From a virus (lineage: Duplodnaviria > Caudoviricetes): a DNA stretch of 37,077 nt. The position numbers and the translations under genes were made by a program. Below, one piece after another: positions 8,866 through 17,156 of this stretch. The stretch lies in IMG/VR virus record IMGVR_UViG_3300003375_000069, positions 1 through 37,077 of that record; one strand, written 5' to 3'. The notes beneath the pieces are model-generated. The model did no database searches. It saw nothing but the letters and a program-made list of their open reading frames with translations, and was not told the DNA's origin. The stretch's first letter is position 1, and the number at the start of each line of letters is the position of its first letter.

Positions 8866-9035
8866 TCACCAAGGATCAGACGACGGTAGCGGCGCGTATG
8901 GGACGCCGTGCAGCCACGCGGTTTGTGTCTGCCGGCGTCCCGTCGCCGAACCCGTTCACAGGTGAGGACCCGAACAGTGTCGCCCTCGCGAAAGCGTGGC
9001 GTGACGCTTATTTCGACGGGCAACGCAGCAGGTAA
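8862..9035 (+). CDS. 57-aa protein translationally coupled to MuF (not in the ORF track); Rmf/CrpP-like pattern, possible immunity or partner protein
   Basis: ATGA overlap with the MuF stop; translates MITKDQTTVAARMGRRAATRFVSAGVPSPNPFTGEDPNSVALAKAWRDAYFDGQRSR, TAA at 9033-9035. Confidence 0.65.
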   Translation: MITKDQTTVAARMGRRAATRFVSAGVPSPNPFTGEDPNSVALAKAWRDAYFDGQRSR

Positions 9036-9038
9036 CAC

Positions 9039-9218
9039 GTCGTTGGGCCGGAGCTCGGCTAGGAAACAAAGGTTAAAGCTTCGGCCCAACGACTACACCA
9101 AGTCGACGTAACCCGTCGAGGACGTGACGCCGCAGCCGTTCCCCTGCGAGCTCAACAAGCCCGCACTCCGGGCACCGGTGCGACCCGTTGACCCATTTCC
9201 ACGGGTGAGAGTCGTATC
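9039..9218 (+). other. Multi-hairpin intergenic region (candidate structured RNA or terminator/processing site)
   Basis: 17-bp stem 9039-9055/9077-9093 plus four further hairpins (9103-9119, 9131-9148, 9159-9173, 9177-9218). Confidence 0.45.
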
Positions 9219-9268
9219 GCTCGCCGCATTCCATCCCCGAAGTGTCCCACGAACGGAGACCGATCCCT

Positions 9269-9637
9269 ATGACTAAGCCGCAGCAATTTGTGCTGGGGAT
9301 CGCTTACCAAGCAGGACGAGACGACCGTATCCGGAAAGGCCTCGACGGCAAACGCGACTGGTTCAGCGCGGACGAGCTTGAGAAGGCAGCGTGGCGGTTC
9401 GGTGCTGGACCCCGCGATGTCGGTATCGAGCATGGCCCATCGAACACAGTCGGGCACATCAACATCGTTGAGTCCTATGTGTATAGGGGCCCCGACTGGC
9501 AGATAGGCGACACCATCGTGAAAGCAGGCGACTGGCTCGTCGGCGGCATCTGCGACGACGTCGCATGGAACCTCGTCCAAACCGGCCGACTGAACGGCTG
9601 GTCACCGCAAGGCCGCGGGAAACGCATCGCGGCATGA
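9269..9637 (+). CDS. XkdF-like prohead (capsid maturation) serine protease
   Basis: FVLGIAY...DWFSADELEKAAWRF...IEH...IVESY...IVKAGDWLVG...WNLVQTGRLNGWSPQG matches the PBSX XkdF-type protease pattern; ATG 9269 has GGAG upstream. Confidence 0.85.
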   Translation: MTKPQQFVLGIAYQAGRDDRIRKGLDGKRDWFSADELEKAAWRFGAGPRDVGIEHGPSNTVGHINIVESYVYRGPDWQIGDTIVKAGDWLVGGICDDVAWNLVQTGRLNGWSPQGRGKRIAA

Positions 9638-9671
9638 CCCATAACCCCCGCAGCCACAAGGAGACCCACCG

Positions 9672-11117
9672 ATGACCGACCAGACCACCGACGATTTCAC
9701 CGAACTGACCAAAGCCGAATTCGACCGCCTCGACGCGGTCGGGGCGCCCGCCAACGGCACCGACTTTCTGATCATGAAAGCCACCGAAGAAGGACGCTCC
9801 CCGTCGCTCGGTGCGCTGTTCGAAGCGGGGTACGTCGAAGATCTCATCGCCAAAGCTGACCAGGAGAACCACTTGACCGACCAGACCCCGATCGTTAAGG
9901 CCGACGCCCTTGACGCCACTGAACTTCTGGCGACACCAGCAGGCAGCACCGCTGAATCAGCGCCCGGCAGCCCCGACTGGGAGCAACTGGACTTCGACAC
10001 CGCAATGAAGTGGGCGGCGGTCCTCGGACGCGCGAAGTCAGCGCTCGAAGCGCTGGCAGGACGCGAGTTGCAGGAAGCCGCGAACGGCGACGACGACGGC
10101 GCGGACAACGCAATGGACCTCGCGGACGCTGCGACGGCCATCGACTACGCCGTCGACACTCTCGCTGGGTACGCCGTCGGTGAAAGCAACGACGTCATCG
10201 CCGCTGACCTCGGTGATGTCGCGAAAGCAGCACAGGCGATCGACCTCGACAGCCTCAGTGCTCTTGAGGGTTTCGCGCCGATCGTGAAGGCCGGACGGAC
10301 GTTAAGCGCCGCGAATGAGGCGCTTCTGAACACCGCGTCGCAGGCCTTGCAGAAGGTCTTAGCGACGTTGCCCGCACCCACTACCCCTGATGCGGCCCCG
10401 GTCGCGAAGTCCAAGGAGACCGCAGTGACCACAACCACGACACCCACCGCTGACACAGGTGACATCGTCATCACTAAGGCGATGCTTGAAGCTTTACCCG
10501 CTGATGCGCTCGCCGCTGTGTACAAGGCGAAAGGCGACCCGCTTACCCCGGTGTACAACGAGGACGGGAAGCTCGTCGGCATGGCGCAGGGCAGCGACAT
10601 CATCCCCATCGCCACCGCCGACGCCGCGTCTGGTGCTGACCCCGCACCCGCTGACCCGGCCGCAGCAGACCCGGGAAGCGACCTCACCCCACAGGACCCC
10701 GCAGCCGCAGGCGTCCCCGCAGACGGAACACCCCCACCGCTCCCGGCCGACCCGGCCGCGGTAGCGAAGTCAACCAGCACTGAAGCCCTTGACGTGGAAG
10801 CGATCGTCAAAGCAGCACTTGAGGAACAGAGCGCCGAGCATGAGGCGATCCTCAAGTCACTGCGAGAGGACATCGAGCACCTCAAGGCCCCCGCACCATC
10901 ACGTGTCCTGACCAACGGCGCAATACCCCGCGCGGTACTGCGAGGCCAGGACATCGGCAGCGGCACCACCGACGAACGGATCGTCAAGAGCGCGGAACTC
11001 CGCGGTCAGCTTTCGACGGCATCAACTCCCGCGGAAGCGGAAGCGCTGCGAGCGCAGATGACGGCGAACGCCGCGGCGACACTCGCCGATCTGCATGGGC
11101 GCCGCGCCACCAGCTAG
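9672..11117 (+). CDS. Capsid scaffolding protein
   Basis: AAGGAG SD; acidic, Ala-rich, helical/disordered; lies between protease and major capsid; N-terminal RLDAVGAPANG motif; many K-A/S motifs. Confidence 0.75.
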   Translation: MTDQTTDDFTELTKAEFDRLDAVGAPANGTDFLIMKATEEGRSPSLGALFEAGYVEDLIAKADQENHLTDQTPIVKADALDATELLATPAGSTAESAPGSPDWEQLDFDTAMKWAAVLGRAKSALEALAGRELQEAANGDDDGADNAMDLADAATAIDYAVDTLAGYAVGESNDVIAADLGDVAKAAQAIDLDSLSALEGFAPIVKAGRTLSAANEALLNTASQALQKVLATLPAPTTPDAAPVAKSKETAVTTTTTPTADTGDIVITKAMLEALPADALAAVYKAKGDPLTPVYNEDGKLVGMAQGSDIIPIATADAASGADPAPADPAAADPGSDLTPQDPAAAGVPADGTPPPLPADPAAVAKSTSTEALDVEAIVKAALEEQSAEHEAILKSLREDIEHLKAPAPSRVLTNGAIPRAVLRGQDIGSGTTDERIVKSAELRGQLSTASTPAEAEALRAQMTANAAATLADLHGRRATS

Positions 11118-11141
11118 CAGCACCACACACCCACTTACCCA

Positions 11142-11180
11142 CCGAAAGCCCCCACCCGCCCGGGTGATGGGGCTTTTCGG
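11142..11180 (+). promoter_or_regulatory. Hairpin between scaffold and capsid (attenuator or mRNA stabiliser)
   Basis: ccgaaagcccccacccg / cgggtgatggggcttttcgg inverted repeat ending about 20 nt before the capsid ATG. Confidence 0.55.
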
Positions 11181-11199
11181 CATGCCAGAAAGGCAAACC

Positions 11200-12675
11200 A
11201 TGTCTGTCACACAGGAAGATATCGCCCGCGAGGCGCTCGACGCGATCGCGAAGGCACAGACGACCGGTATCACCACCAGCACCGGCGTTGTTTCCTTCGA
11301 TCTGACCGGCGTCGTCCGGCAGATCCCGATCAACACCCCTTTCCGTGACCTCGTGTCCCGGAAGGCAGCTACGGACGGCGCGAAGTTCGCGATTTGGCGG
11401 GCGTTCATGAACGTCAATAGCAGCCAGCCCCGCGCGACACCCGGTTTCGACTACGCCAGCAACGAGGTGCTGTTCTCCGAGCAGGACTTCCAGGCGCAGT
11501 ATCAGCCGATCGGCTTGTCGGGTCTGGCAACTCAGGATGCTGTCGACCTTGCTCGCGGCCTTAACGACCCGTACGCGGAAGCAACGTTTCAGACGCTCAA
11601 CCAGGTTCTGTTGGCTGAGGACAAGCTTCTGATCGGTGGGCAGTCGTTTCCGTTGCCGTTGCCCGCTGTCCCGACGGTCACCCCGTCGACGACCGGCGGC
11701 ACCATCGCAGCAGGCACGACGAACATGATCGCGGTCGCCCCACGCACCGGGTCGAACTACTACTGGGGCGGCAACGGCCGGGCCCGCGCGTCCGTTGCGT
11801 TCACGACCACCGGCAGCACGTCGTCGGCTACAGCGTCGATTCCCGCTGTGAAGGGCGCTGTCGCCTACGACTGGTTCACCAGCACCAACGGCGGCACCAA
11901 CTGGTTCTACTACACCACCACGACGGTCGCGTCGGTGTCGATCACCGCGCCTCTCGGTGTCGCCTACTCCCTTCCGTCGCCGGTGCAGTTGCCGAAGCTG
12001 TCGACGACTGTCCCGACGATCAACACCGCAGCCGACAACGGCTCCGGTCAGGCCGGGGAGATCGACGGATTCCTTGCGACGCTCACCGCCGACTACACCA
12101 GCACCGGCCAGTGGGCGACCCCCGGGTCAGCCACCGCTAACGGTGCTGTGTTCATCGACGGCGGCGGCGCTGCGCTGACCCTCTCCGGTGGTTCGGTGAC
12201 GCAGATCGAGCAGGCGTTCGCCCAGCTATGGGGCACTGTCGAGTGCTCTCCGACGGCCGTCATGATGAACGGCCTCCATGCGCAGGAGATCGCGAACCTC
12301 GTCCTCGGTGGTTCGTCTGCGACGACGTTCCTCACCACCGACGAGAACAACCGCATTTCGACTACGGCCGGTGGCCGCGTCGGTCAGATCGTGAACACCC
12401 CGGCCGGAGGCGTCACCGTCCCGATCGAGGTCCACACGTCCCTCCCGCCGGGAACGATCGCGTTCCGCACGGATCACGTGCCGTTCCCGCAGGCTGAGGT
12501 CACGTCGTCACTGGAAGTGCGGACGCTCCGCGACATGTCGCAGTTCGAGTACGCCGCGAGTCGTGTGGCGGGCGTCGCCGGCGGTGGACCCCGTAAGGAG
12601 TTCGAGATCCGGTCGGTCGAGGCGTTCGTCAACCGTGTTCCCGCGGCGATGGCGGTCCTCAGCAACGTCGCGTAA
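11200..12675 (+). CDS. Major capsid protein
   Basis: ATG 11200 with GAAAGG SD; follows the scaffold; FDL...IPINTPFRDLVSR and LLAEDKLLIGG patterns of HK97-fold capsid proteins, with a central beta-rich insertion. Confidence 0.88.
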   Translation: MSVTQEDIAREALDAIAKAQTTGITTSTGVVSFDLTGVVRQIPINTPFRDLVSRKAATDGAKFAIWRAFMNVNSSQPRATPGFDYASNEVLFSEQDFQAQYQPIGLSGLATQDAVDLARGLNDPYAEATFQTLNQVLLAEDKLLIGGQSFPLPLPAVPTVTPSTTGGTIAAGTTNMIAVAPRTGSNYYWGGNGRARASVAFTTTGSTSSATASIPAVKGAVAYDWFTSTNGGTNWFYYTTTTVASVSITAPLGVAYSLPSPVQLPKLSTTVPTINTAADNGSGQAGEIDGFLATLTADYTSTGQWATPGSATANGAVFIDGGGAALTLSGGSVTQIEQAFAQLWGTVECSPTAVMMNGLHAQEIANLVLGGSSATTFLTTDENNRISTTAGGRVGQIVNTPAGGVTVPIEVHTSLPPGTIAFRTDHVPFPQAEVTSSLEVRTLRDMSQFEYAASRVAGVAGGGPRKEFEIRSVEAFVNRVPAAMAVLSNVA

Positions 12676-12691
12676 CACCCCTTTGGCTTAC

Positions 12692-12733
12692 CTGTGTGGC
12701 CGTGCCCGACTTCTCCCGGGCACGGCCACACAG
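12692..12733 (+). terminator. Strong hairpin after the major capsid gene
   Basis: Perfect 17-bp inverted repeat ctgtgtggccgtgcccg / cgggcacggccacacag. Confidence 0.65.
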
Positions 12734-12773
12734 CGGCCCCATTTTCCTTACCGAGCACGAAAGGCCATTACCC

Positions 12774-13172
12774 ATGCGCATTTACTCCACACTCGGCGCC
12801 GAGCAGATCATCCACGCCGACGGGACGTTCGACGCTGACCCCACCGACGGATCGTTCGAGGTACCCCATCACGTCGGCGCAGAAATGCTGGCACTGCACG
12901 CAGACGGCAAACGGGCGTTTGAGGATGAGCCAGTGCGGCACGCCCGGCTCACCGCGGAAGCGAGAGCGCACCGAGAGGACCCAGCGACGCTCCTGTCGAC
13001 GGTTGAGGCTCTCGCTGAGGGACTGAAAGCCCCGGACATTCAAGCTGTCGTCGACGCGGCGGTCAGGGAAGCGATCACCGCGGAACGGGAACGCGTCGCC
13101 GCCGAAGCAGCGGAACTCGCCGCACTCGAAGCCGCAACGAAACCCGACAACAAAACGGCACCCAAGAAGTAA
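12774..13172 (+). CDS. Hypothetical head-associated protein
   Basis: ATG 12774 with GAAAGG SD, in frame with track ORF 12696..13172; DGSFEVP motif followed by a coiled coil. Confidence 0.65.
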   Translation: MRIYSTLGAEQIIHADGTFDADPTDGSFEVPHHVGAEMLALHADGKRAFEDEPVRHARLTAEARAHREDPATLLSTVEALAEGLKAPDIQAVVDAAVREAITAERERVAAEAAELAALEAATKPDNKTAPKK

Positions 13173-13259
13173 CCCACTCGCTCCCGGCCCGCGCGCTGGG
13201 TCGCCTCCGGCAGCCGCGGGCCGGGCCCACACACAACAACAAAGGCGGGTAGGCCACAC

Positions 13260-14117
13260 ATGCCGGTATTCGCTCAGGACATCACGACGTACTCGTCGCG
13301 GTCGCCGTACCTCACCCCCGCCGAATTCGAAGCGGAACCGACAGGCGTCGACATCGACCAACTCGTCGTCGGAGGCGGCGACCTCGAAAACGACGCGGCA
13401 CTAGCGACGGCGATCCTCAATGCATCATCGTGGGCTGACACCATCTGCACGCAAGTGCTCGGCGCGACCTACGACATCCAAGCCGGAAAGTACAAACTCC
13501 GCGCTGACTGCACAATCGCGGTCCCCGTCGACAACACCCCACTGATCGAGGTGGTCGAGGTGACAGTGGGACGGACCCCCGCCACGATGACCGCATTATC
13601 TGATCTGTCGAACGTGTGGCCTGGTCGTAAGGTCTGCGAGATCCCGATCCCCACTACGGCGGGGGTCCGGTTCGGTGACTGGGTGTACGCCAACCTCGGG
13701 TACGTCAACGGCTACGCCAACGTTCTCCTCACCCAGGGCGCCGCCGCTGGGGCGACGACGTTCGTGTGTGACGGTGCCCTCGGTATCGCTCCCGGAATGC
13801 GGGTGCGGTTCTACGATCCGCCGTTCGCGGAGCAACTGACCGTCGCCACCGTCGACGCTGTCGCGGCGACGTTCACAACGACCAGCCCCTCGGCCTACAA
13901 ACACGGCACGGACGTCGCGGTGTCGACGATGCCACCAGCCCTGCGGAAAGCGATCGTCGAGCTCACGTGCGCGCTGATCAAAACCCGCGGATCGTCGGCG
14001 ATGGTCCTCGACACGATGGCGTCACCACCATCGAAAGCGACGGTCACCCAAGCTGGGGCAAGCGGAAACGTTGACCTCGCGATGACGCTGCTCCGACCGT
14101 ATATGAGGGTCGCGTGA
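13260..14117 (+). CDS. Head-to-tail adaptor with inserted beta domain
   Basis: PYLTPAEF...AILNASSWADTIC...MPPALRKAIVEL...LLRPYMRV adaptor pattern; position after the capsid gene. Confidence 0.8.
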   Translation: MPVFAQDITTYSSRSPYLTPAEFEAEPTGVDIDQLVVGGGDLENDAALATAILNASSWADTICTQVLGATYDIQAGKYKLRADCTIAVPVDNTPLIEVVEVTVGRTPATMTALSDLSNVWPGRKVCEIPIPTTAGVRFGDWVYANLGYVNGYANVLLTQGAAAGATTFVCDGALGIAPGMRVRFYDPPFAEQLTVATVDAVAATFTTTSPSAYKHGTDVAVSTMPPALRKAIVELTCALIKTRGSSAMVLDTMASPPSKATVTQAGASGNVDLAMTLLRPYMRVA

Positions 14118-14629
14118 GCGCCGGAACGGTCCGGGCCGTCATCAAGAACTACCTGACGGCCCCACCGATCACAGGGTTGCAGGGTGTGTCGCTGGACGCG
14201 AAGTGGTACGAGTCGCCGTTCGACTGGAAGTTGGCGGGGAACCTCGGATGGGGTGCGCTTGGGATCATCCATTTCGACCACCGCGAAGAAAAACGCTTGA
14301 CGTATCCAGCGGTCTACGGGTCGAAGGAAGTGACCTACAACGTTGGGCTGGGGATCATGTTCCGGTACCTCATCCCCTCACGTCTGCCGCCCGGCACGGA
14401 ACCGGACGTGTGGGTCACGCACCTCGACGACCTGATCGAGGGGATCATCGCGCGGATCCGCGCCGACCAGACCCTCGGCTCAGGTGAGCAAGGCGTCGTT
14501 TTCCAGGCAGGCGAAAATTCCCCGGACATCATCCTCGACCAGGACTTGCCGCGCACCGACTCATCGGGCGCGGAACTCACGTCGTGGAATCTCCTGAAAT
14601 TCACTGTCACCGAGATCGTCCGCGGATAG
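14114..14629 (+). CDS. Tail terminator-like neck protein
   Basis: GTGA overlap; LDDLIEGIIARIRADQTLG motif typical of tail completion proteins. Confidence 0.65.
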   Translation: MSAGTVRAVIKNYLTAPPITGLQGVSLDAKWYESPFDWKLAGNLGWGALGIIHFDHREEKRLTYPAVYGSKEVTYNVGLGIMFRYLIPSRLPPGTEPDVWVTHLDDLIEGIIARIRADQTLGSGEQGVVFQAGENSPDIILDQDLPRTDSSGAELTSWNLLKFTVTEIVRG

Positions 14630-14655
14630 CGGCCACTAACGAAAGAGAGTCAGCT

Positions 14656-14949
14656 ATGCGCTACCGCTTCACACATTCGACGCCGCTCATTTTCCGGGAT
14701 CTGCACCACGGCGTAAATGCCATCGTGCACCGTCTCAATCCCCTCGACGACGCCGACGGCGCGCAAGTTGTTCTGCATCCGGGGGATGTCATCGAGGTTG
14801 AGGAGCCGCTGAGTCATCCGCACCTCGCGGCGGATGACAGCGAAGCGATAGACGCAGCGCAAACCGCAGCCGCAGCCAGCGTGCCTGACGCGACGCCAAG
14901 CACCGAGCCGACCACCGAAACCACCGAAACTCAAGGGGAAACAGCATGA
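14656..14949 (+). CDS. Small hypothetical virion-associated protein
   Basis: ATG 14656 with GAAAGAGAG upstream, in frame with track ORF 14584..14949; stop overlaps the tail tube ATG. Confidence 0.6.
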   Translation: MRYRFTHSTPLIFRDLHHGVNAIVHRLNPLDDADGAQVVLHPGDVIEVEEPLSHPHLAADDSEAIDAAQTAAAASVPDATPSTEPTTETTETQGETA

Positions 14950-15938
14950 CCGTCACCGTTCCCAATGTCTACCCCGCGAACCTTCAGGCCCTCGGGTGGA
15001 GCCCGGAAACCGTCTACGGCACCCCCGCGGGAGCGCCGACAGTATGGATTCCGATCGACACACCGCAGTACACGCCCAATATCGCGCCTCTCACTGACCA
15101 GGCCGGGCGTGGATCGATGGGCGTTGACTCCCAGCAGCAGCAGGGCCTACGCGCCGACTCCCTGACGTACTCGACGTACCTGTACCTCGATTCGGCGTTC
15201 CTGCATTGCCTCGCGGCTCTGGGAACACCTGATGTGATCAGCGGCAGCGGCGACCCCTACACGCACAAAACTTCGCTGTACTCCGCTGCGGCGGGGCAGC
15301 CGCGGTCCTCGACGCTCTGGTACACCGACGGATCCGGAAACGCGCAGCGCATGCCCGGCGCGCAGATCGTGGATCTGAAATTCACGATCGACGTCGGGGG
15401 TCTGGTGAAGCTCGATGTCACGTGGATGTCTCTGCCCGCGACGGCAGTCACCCCGCCGACGAACACCCCTGGCACGTTGCAGCCGATGCCCGCATGGTCG
15501 GCGTCGGTCACGGTCGGCGGTGTCTCGATGGGCAAGTACAGCAACGTGACGCTGGACTATAAGCGGAACACTGAGATGGTCCCTGCGATGAACGGCACCC
15601 AAACCCCGGCGATGATTTTCGCCGGCCCGGCGCAGGGCACCGGCAGCCTGACCGGGATCTACCAGGGATCAGCGGACAACGACTTCGCTGGGTATTTGGC
15701 GAATACTCAGCCGTCGCTCGTGGTGAAGATGTCGCCGCCGGGGTCAGCTACGCACGGCCTGACGCTGCAACATTCCGTGGTTGCGTACGACAGCGTCGTG
15801 CCCAGCGGCACCAACAAATGGATGGAAGTTAAGTCCACGCTGAAGCTGATCCTCAACTCGACGGACGCCGTCACAGGTTCCGGTGGGGAGTCGTTCGCTC
15901 AGGCGATCCTCACGTCCGCGCAGAGCACCGCGTACTAA
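14946..15938 (+). CDS. Major tail (tube) protein
   Basis: ETVYGTP N-terminal motif, PYTH, QPRSSTL; beta-rich 330 aa; directly upstream of the chaperone. Confidence 0.85.
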   Translation: MTVTVPNVYPANLQALGWSPETVYGTPAGAPTVWIPIDTPQYTPNIAPLTDQAGRGSMGVDSQQQQGLRADSLTYSTYLYLDSAFLHCLAALGTPDVISGSGDPYTHKTSLYSAAAGQPRSSTLWYTDGSGNAQRMPGAQIVDLKFTIDVGGLVKLDVTWMSLPATAVTPPTNTPGTLQPMPAWSASVTVGGVSMGKYSNVTLDYKRNTEMVPAMNGTQTPAMIFAGPAQGTGSLTGIYQGSADNDFAGYLANTQPSLVVKMSPPGSATHGLTLQHSVVAYDSVVPSGTNKWMEVKSTLKLILNSTDAVTGSGGESFAQAILTSAQSTAY

Positions 15939-15971
15939 CCAACCAACCAACTACCGGAGGCGAAACCCGGC

Positions 15972-16514
15972 ATGACCCAGAAGAAACGCACCACCACCAC
16001 GCCACCTAAGGCGCCCGCACTGCCGACCACAATCACGATCCCCGGCGGCCGCGCAATGTTCTACACCAAAGCGGAACTTCCGCCGCGTAGGTCCCGGCCT
16101 CTCGACGTGATTAACCTCGTGGTGATGCCGCGGCTGCAAGAGCTCGCTATTGCGCAGGAGATCACCGACGCGGCAGATCCCAGCGGTAAGGCGCGCGCTA
16201 AGTCCCTCGCTAAGTCAGCGCTCCTCAACGGCCCGCCGGTTGGGTTGACACGGGAGGACGCCGACAACATCGCGGAGCTTTCCGTCACGATGGCATGGGC
16301 CTACCTGAAGTCGTGGACCCTCGACGAACCGCTCCCCGAAACCCCGGACGACATGCTCGATTTGTCTCCGGCGCTGTACAAGGCGATCACTGATCACACC
16401 GCGCGGATCTACGCCGCGAACGTCGACATCAACGTCACTGACGACTTCACCGTCGACGGCCTCCCTGATGACCTTGACGCACCAGGGGTTGAGGACCGCC
16501 CTACTTCGGTCTGA
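15972..16514 (+). CDS. Tail assembly chaperone (gpG-like)
   Basis: Between tail tube and tape measure; LKSWTLDEPLP motif; ends ...DRPTSV. Confidence 0.8.
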   Translation: MTQKKRTTTTPPKAPALPTTITIPGGRAMFYTKAELPPRRSRPLDVINLVVMPRLQELAIAQEITDAADPSGKARAKSLAKSALLNGPPVGLTREDADNIAELSVTMAWAYLKSWTLDEPLPETPDDMLDLSPALYKAITDHTARIYAANVDINVTDDFTVDGLPDDLDAPGVEDRPTSV

Positions 16515-16717
16515 GGCGCATCGAAGCGGCCCTTCGGGGCCGTGGCGCTCTCGGACCGATCGAGGGGGCGATGCTCGTCGAGTTCGAGTACCGCAAACGG
16601 TTCCACCTGTCGCACTGGCAGTACGTCGATGAGCCCGGCGACATCATCCAATGGATGACACGTATCGGGATGATCAAGGACCAAATCCAGCGGGAGCGGG
16701 AAGCTCAACAAAGATAG
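16499..16717 (+). CDS. Tail assembly chaperone frameshift extension (gpT-like, -1 frame; not in the ORF track)
   Basis: -1 frame from CCC TAC (16499) reads PYFGLRRIEAALRGRG...EYRKRFHLSHWQYVDEPGDIIQWM...QQR, stop 16715-16717; a long hairpin (16506-16559) follows the junction. Confidence 0.7.
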   Translation, partial: PYFGLRRIEAALRGRGALGPIEGAMLVEFEYRKRFHLSHWQYVDEPGDIIQWMTRIGMIKDQIQREREAQQR

Positions 16718-16726
16718 GGGTAAACC

Positions 16727-17137
16727 GTGACGTCGTTATGGTCCGGCATCCCTGACCTGATGCGAGCCTTCGACAAGCTCGCTACGCAAGGTGACGCCGC
16801 GGCGCGGGAAGTGGTTGCCCGCACCGCGGCGCTCGGCGAAACCGAAATCAAGAACCAATTCAGCGGCTCCCACAAGAAAGGGCAACCGCACGTCGGCGGC
16901 GCCGCACCGAACATCGTGTCGGGCACAGCCCGCCGATCCGTCAGAGCCGACCCGATCACGAAAGTCGGTCTGGGCGAGTACATGACCCAAGTCGGGCCGC
17001 GCGTCGCCTACGGCCGACGTCTGGAGCTCGGCGCCAGCGGTTCCCGCGGGTACCCGTACGTGAAGCCGGGCGCGCAAATCGCTAAACCGAAGTTTGAGCA
17101 GATCCAAATGGACGTCTATCGACGGTTCTTGACCTAA
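16727..17137 (+). CDS. HK97 gp10-like tail completion protein
   Basis: PNIVSGTARRSV, VGPRVAYGRRLELG, YPYVKPG motifs. Confidence 0.78.
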   Translation: MTSLWSGIPDLMRAFDKLATQGDAAAREVVARTAALGETEIKNQFSGSHKKGQPHVGGAAPNIVSGTARRSVRADPITKVGLGEYMTQVGPRVAYGRRLELGASGSRGYPYVKPGAQIAKPKFEQIQMDVYRRFLT

Positions 17138-17156
17138 TTCGAGGGGAGTCGCCGCG

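Noticed and set aside
11095-11199. N-terminal extension of the capsid protein as given in the ORF track
   Set aside because: It spans a hairpin and overlaps the scaffold; ATG 11200 has the SD. The same reasoning was used to trim starts at 12696, 14584, 23313, 24087, 30415, 33202 and 34892.
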